A stretch of DNA of 63,337 bases, the filler included, from Octopus bimaculoides (taxonomy: Eukaryota): the NCBI RefSeq assembly GCF_001194135.2. It is 8 parts of 7 records of this genome, joined end to end, with 100 filler letters (N's around TTAATTAATTAA, not from the genome) between each part and the next. Parts side by side here need not be neighbours in the genome. Positions count along the whole stretch, not along the records: positions 59,911 to 63,337 come from NW_026349412.1; 7 more parts are not named here. One strand, written 5' to 3'. Below the pieces are notes generated by a model, which was not told where the DNA came from, made no database searches, and saw only the letters and a list, made by a program, of their open reading frames with translations. Shown here piece by piece: positions 60,582-63,337 of this stretch. Each line of letters starts with the position of its first letter. Position 1 is the first letter of the stretch. A program made the translations under genes and the position numbers.

Positions 60582-63337
60582 NNNNNNNNNNNNNNNNNNN
60601 NNNNNNNNNNNNNNNNNNNNNNNNNNNNNNNNNNNNNNNNNNNNNNNNNNNNNNNNNNNNNNNNNNNNNNNNNNNNNNNNNNNNNNNNNNNNNNNNNNNN
60701 NNNNNNNNNNNNNNNNNNNNNNNNNNNNNNNNNNNNNNNNNNNNNNNNNNNNNNNNNNNNNNNNNNNNNNNNNNNNNNNNNNNNNNNTTATTATTATTAT
60801 CGATGAAGTATTAAGTTACCTGTATTGGATATTTAAAACCAGGTACGCTGTTTCATTGAATACAGAAAGAAAATAAGAAAATAAGAAAAGGAGCATTGCA
60901 AGATTTTAACCGTGAGGCATGCGACTACAAACTGTAAATATTTCATTTAACTCGACTTTTTACTTTAAGCCTACTATTTGGTTGTTGTGGTAAACCAAGT
61001 CAATATGAATACTAGTCTAAAATCGATGATTCATAATCTGATGCCGGTACAACATTGTTTCCATTGCAAAAGCAGAAGTTAATGCTCAATGATCTAATCT
61101 ACTTGTTCAACTCGGGGTAAGACTACATTTAGATCCGGTAATTAATATCAATGATGCTGCGAAGTGGGCTCACAGTCTTTTACCACCTTGATCTGGGTTT
61201 AACCGTCATGCTTTACGAAAGAGGCGTTTTTAGTACAAACAAATAAAAGTTCTACGTCATTTTCGCGCTTTGTTCTGCACTGTTTCCGAAATACAAGGAA
61301 ATAATAGGAATGCTCGAAGACATAAATAAAGATGTGTAGCTGAGGTTAACTCGGTGATTCTCAAACTGACTAATACCAGCCCCTTTTCCCAACAAATACC
61401 TTGGCCTGTTTGTTTAGTTTCGTTTTCTTTTATAAGATTTACGAGGATGCAAACTCTGTTTTGTCTTCTCAGAACTATGGTTATAGAAAGAATTTAATTT
61501 TATTAAACACAGCAGTTTATCTGTTCTCTTTTAAAATCATTACTCCCTCATCCCCGCCAAGGAAATGACTTCACTATAATTAATTTTTAGAATCAAGTTC
61601 GTAATTAAACTGAATGCTTTGAAATACCAAAATAGGTTAGTTCGCTTAGGTTAGGTTATTTTAGTTCGATCTTGTTTAGTTTAAAACTGAATCTGCTCTT
61701 GTTTTGTTTCAGTTTAGATCTGTTCTGTGAAATGCTGAATGAGGCCAATATTTCTGCCATGCTAAGGCGGTGAGCTGGTTGACGTGTTTAAGCGATGGAA
61801 AANNNNNNNNNNNNNNNNNNNNNNNNNNNNNNNNNNNNNNNNNNNNNNNNNNNNNNNNNNNNNNNNNNNNNNNNNNNNNNNNNNNNNNNNNNNNNNNNNN
61901 NNNNNNNNNNNNNNNNNNNNNNNNNNNNNNNNNNNNNNNNNNNNNNNNNNNNNNNNNNNNNNNNNNNNNNNNNNNNNNNNNNNNNNNNNNNNNNNNNNNN
62001 NNNNNNNNNNNNNNNNNNTCGCTCATAATGAGGCTTGTTCTAAGTTCATGTATGAGTCAGGCTCCGTCAAACACTAAACCACGCACCTGGTGTCAACTAA
62101 ACAACTTGATCCAGCTCATTAAGACTGGGTTTATAATAGCACTCATTGTACTGTAAGTGCTCAATTGTAACAGAATTATATACTCATATTTAAATTATTG
62201 TGAATACTCAAAACAGCGGGAATCAAAACAATAACTTACATATTCAATAACACGTTTCAGAAGATTTGAAGATGATTACGTTATTTGCTGTTGGATTTCG
62301 TCTTCGGAGAACAACTTCTCCCTTTAAACTATATGTGTTGACAACAGATATGACTCAGTAACATCAGCAGACTCCAAAACATCAGTGTTTTGACATGATG
62401 GAGCCTCTACAGTCGAGGACACCGTCCAGAAATTTGAATCTAAAGAAGAAGGGCTTTTCTTATTTACTAAATTCAGCAAATTATTGCTGATGAATGCTAA
62501 TATCTTCCGAGCTGTACTTGTGTTTTATGTAATGAACAACTTTCTTTTTACGTTGAGGTAAGCGGAGCTTCACAGACGGTAAAACCGGAAAAATTGTTAG
62601 CTATTGTCAAGTCCAGCTCACTATAAATGTGAGGTGATGTAACTTACTGTTACAATCACTGGTATTACTGCCGCTGTTCTTGTTATTGTTGTTCAGACCC
62701 ACGTTAGGATCATACGTGCTTTCATATAGCGCAAGCCAAGGCGCATGGCCTTGTCCGTGTACTGAAATTTGGTTCTTTATTAGGTGGAGGGAAAAGTAAA
62801 CTAGTGGCTGCTTCTCTTTTGCCCTTACCTAATGAAACCTGTCACTGAATTTTAAAGTTGGCATGCATCCGTCTTCTTGTACAAGGTCTGTAATGCCAAA
62901 TGGAGGTCAACTGAAATTTATAAACACACACACATATGTATATAGAGGAGAAGATGAAAGGAGAGAGAGGATCGACGTGCTTAACGTGCTCGCGACTCGA
63001 TTTTATAAAAATACATATTTTTAATTTTAAAATATTTCATAGAATATATAGCGCTAGCATGCGTTTAGAGTCTGAGACCGACAAAAGTTGTGATTAACAC
63101 CAGTTCTCATTAGGTAAAGCAGTGTACCTTAAGGAATCTTCTGTTAACTCAACCAATGGGAAGGAAGCATACACATCCATGTAGCAAAAGATGTGATCCA
63201 TTTCCCCCTCGCTTTAATCACACCGAGGTAAACGGATGTTTCTTTCCTTTTTCAATTTCACTCACGGGTTTATCCCTGTCTCATGATACGAACATTATTG
63301 GAAGGCTTTTCAGCTGAACAGGCACAAGTTGCTGAAA

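Noticed and set aside
9957-62156. Long ORFs containing X runs, and ORFs ending in LIN
   Set aside because: They are open only because of N gaps or the artificial TTAATTAATTAA linker.

Overview
AT-rich, microsatellite-dense eukaryotic DNA from a gapped short-read scaffold. The SINE families and repeat make-up fit an octopod cephalopod (inference from recognised repeats, not verified). No host protein-coding gene can be identified with confidence; almost every entry in the supplied ORF track is a microsatellite, an N-run or the antisense of a TE. Supported content: (1) a Merlin/IS1595-type transposase split into an open N-terminal ORF on the minus strand (1-433, absent from the ORF track) and a C-terminal fragment on the plus strand (685-951); (2) decayed mariner, Tc1 (DD34E), Tigger/pogo and piggyBac-like DNA elements; (3) at least six coding fragments of R4/Dong-type non-LTR elements plus two 3'-end-only pieces, most embedded in (TAA)n and forming chains with SINEs; (4) a Penelope-like GIY-YIG remnant and several minimal hammerhead-ribozyme-like motifs, one directly behind a tRNA-derived head; (5) dozens of copies of about four SINE families; (6) several long foldbacks and minisatellites; (7) a CpG-rich promoter-like zone near 35-41 kb with a candidate first coding exon on the minus strand; (8) seven artificial N44-TTAATTAATTAA-N44 scaffold spacers.
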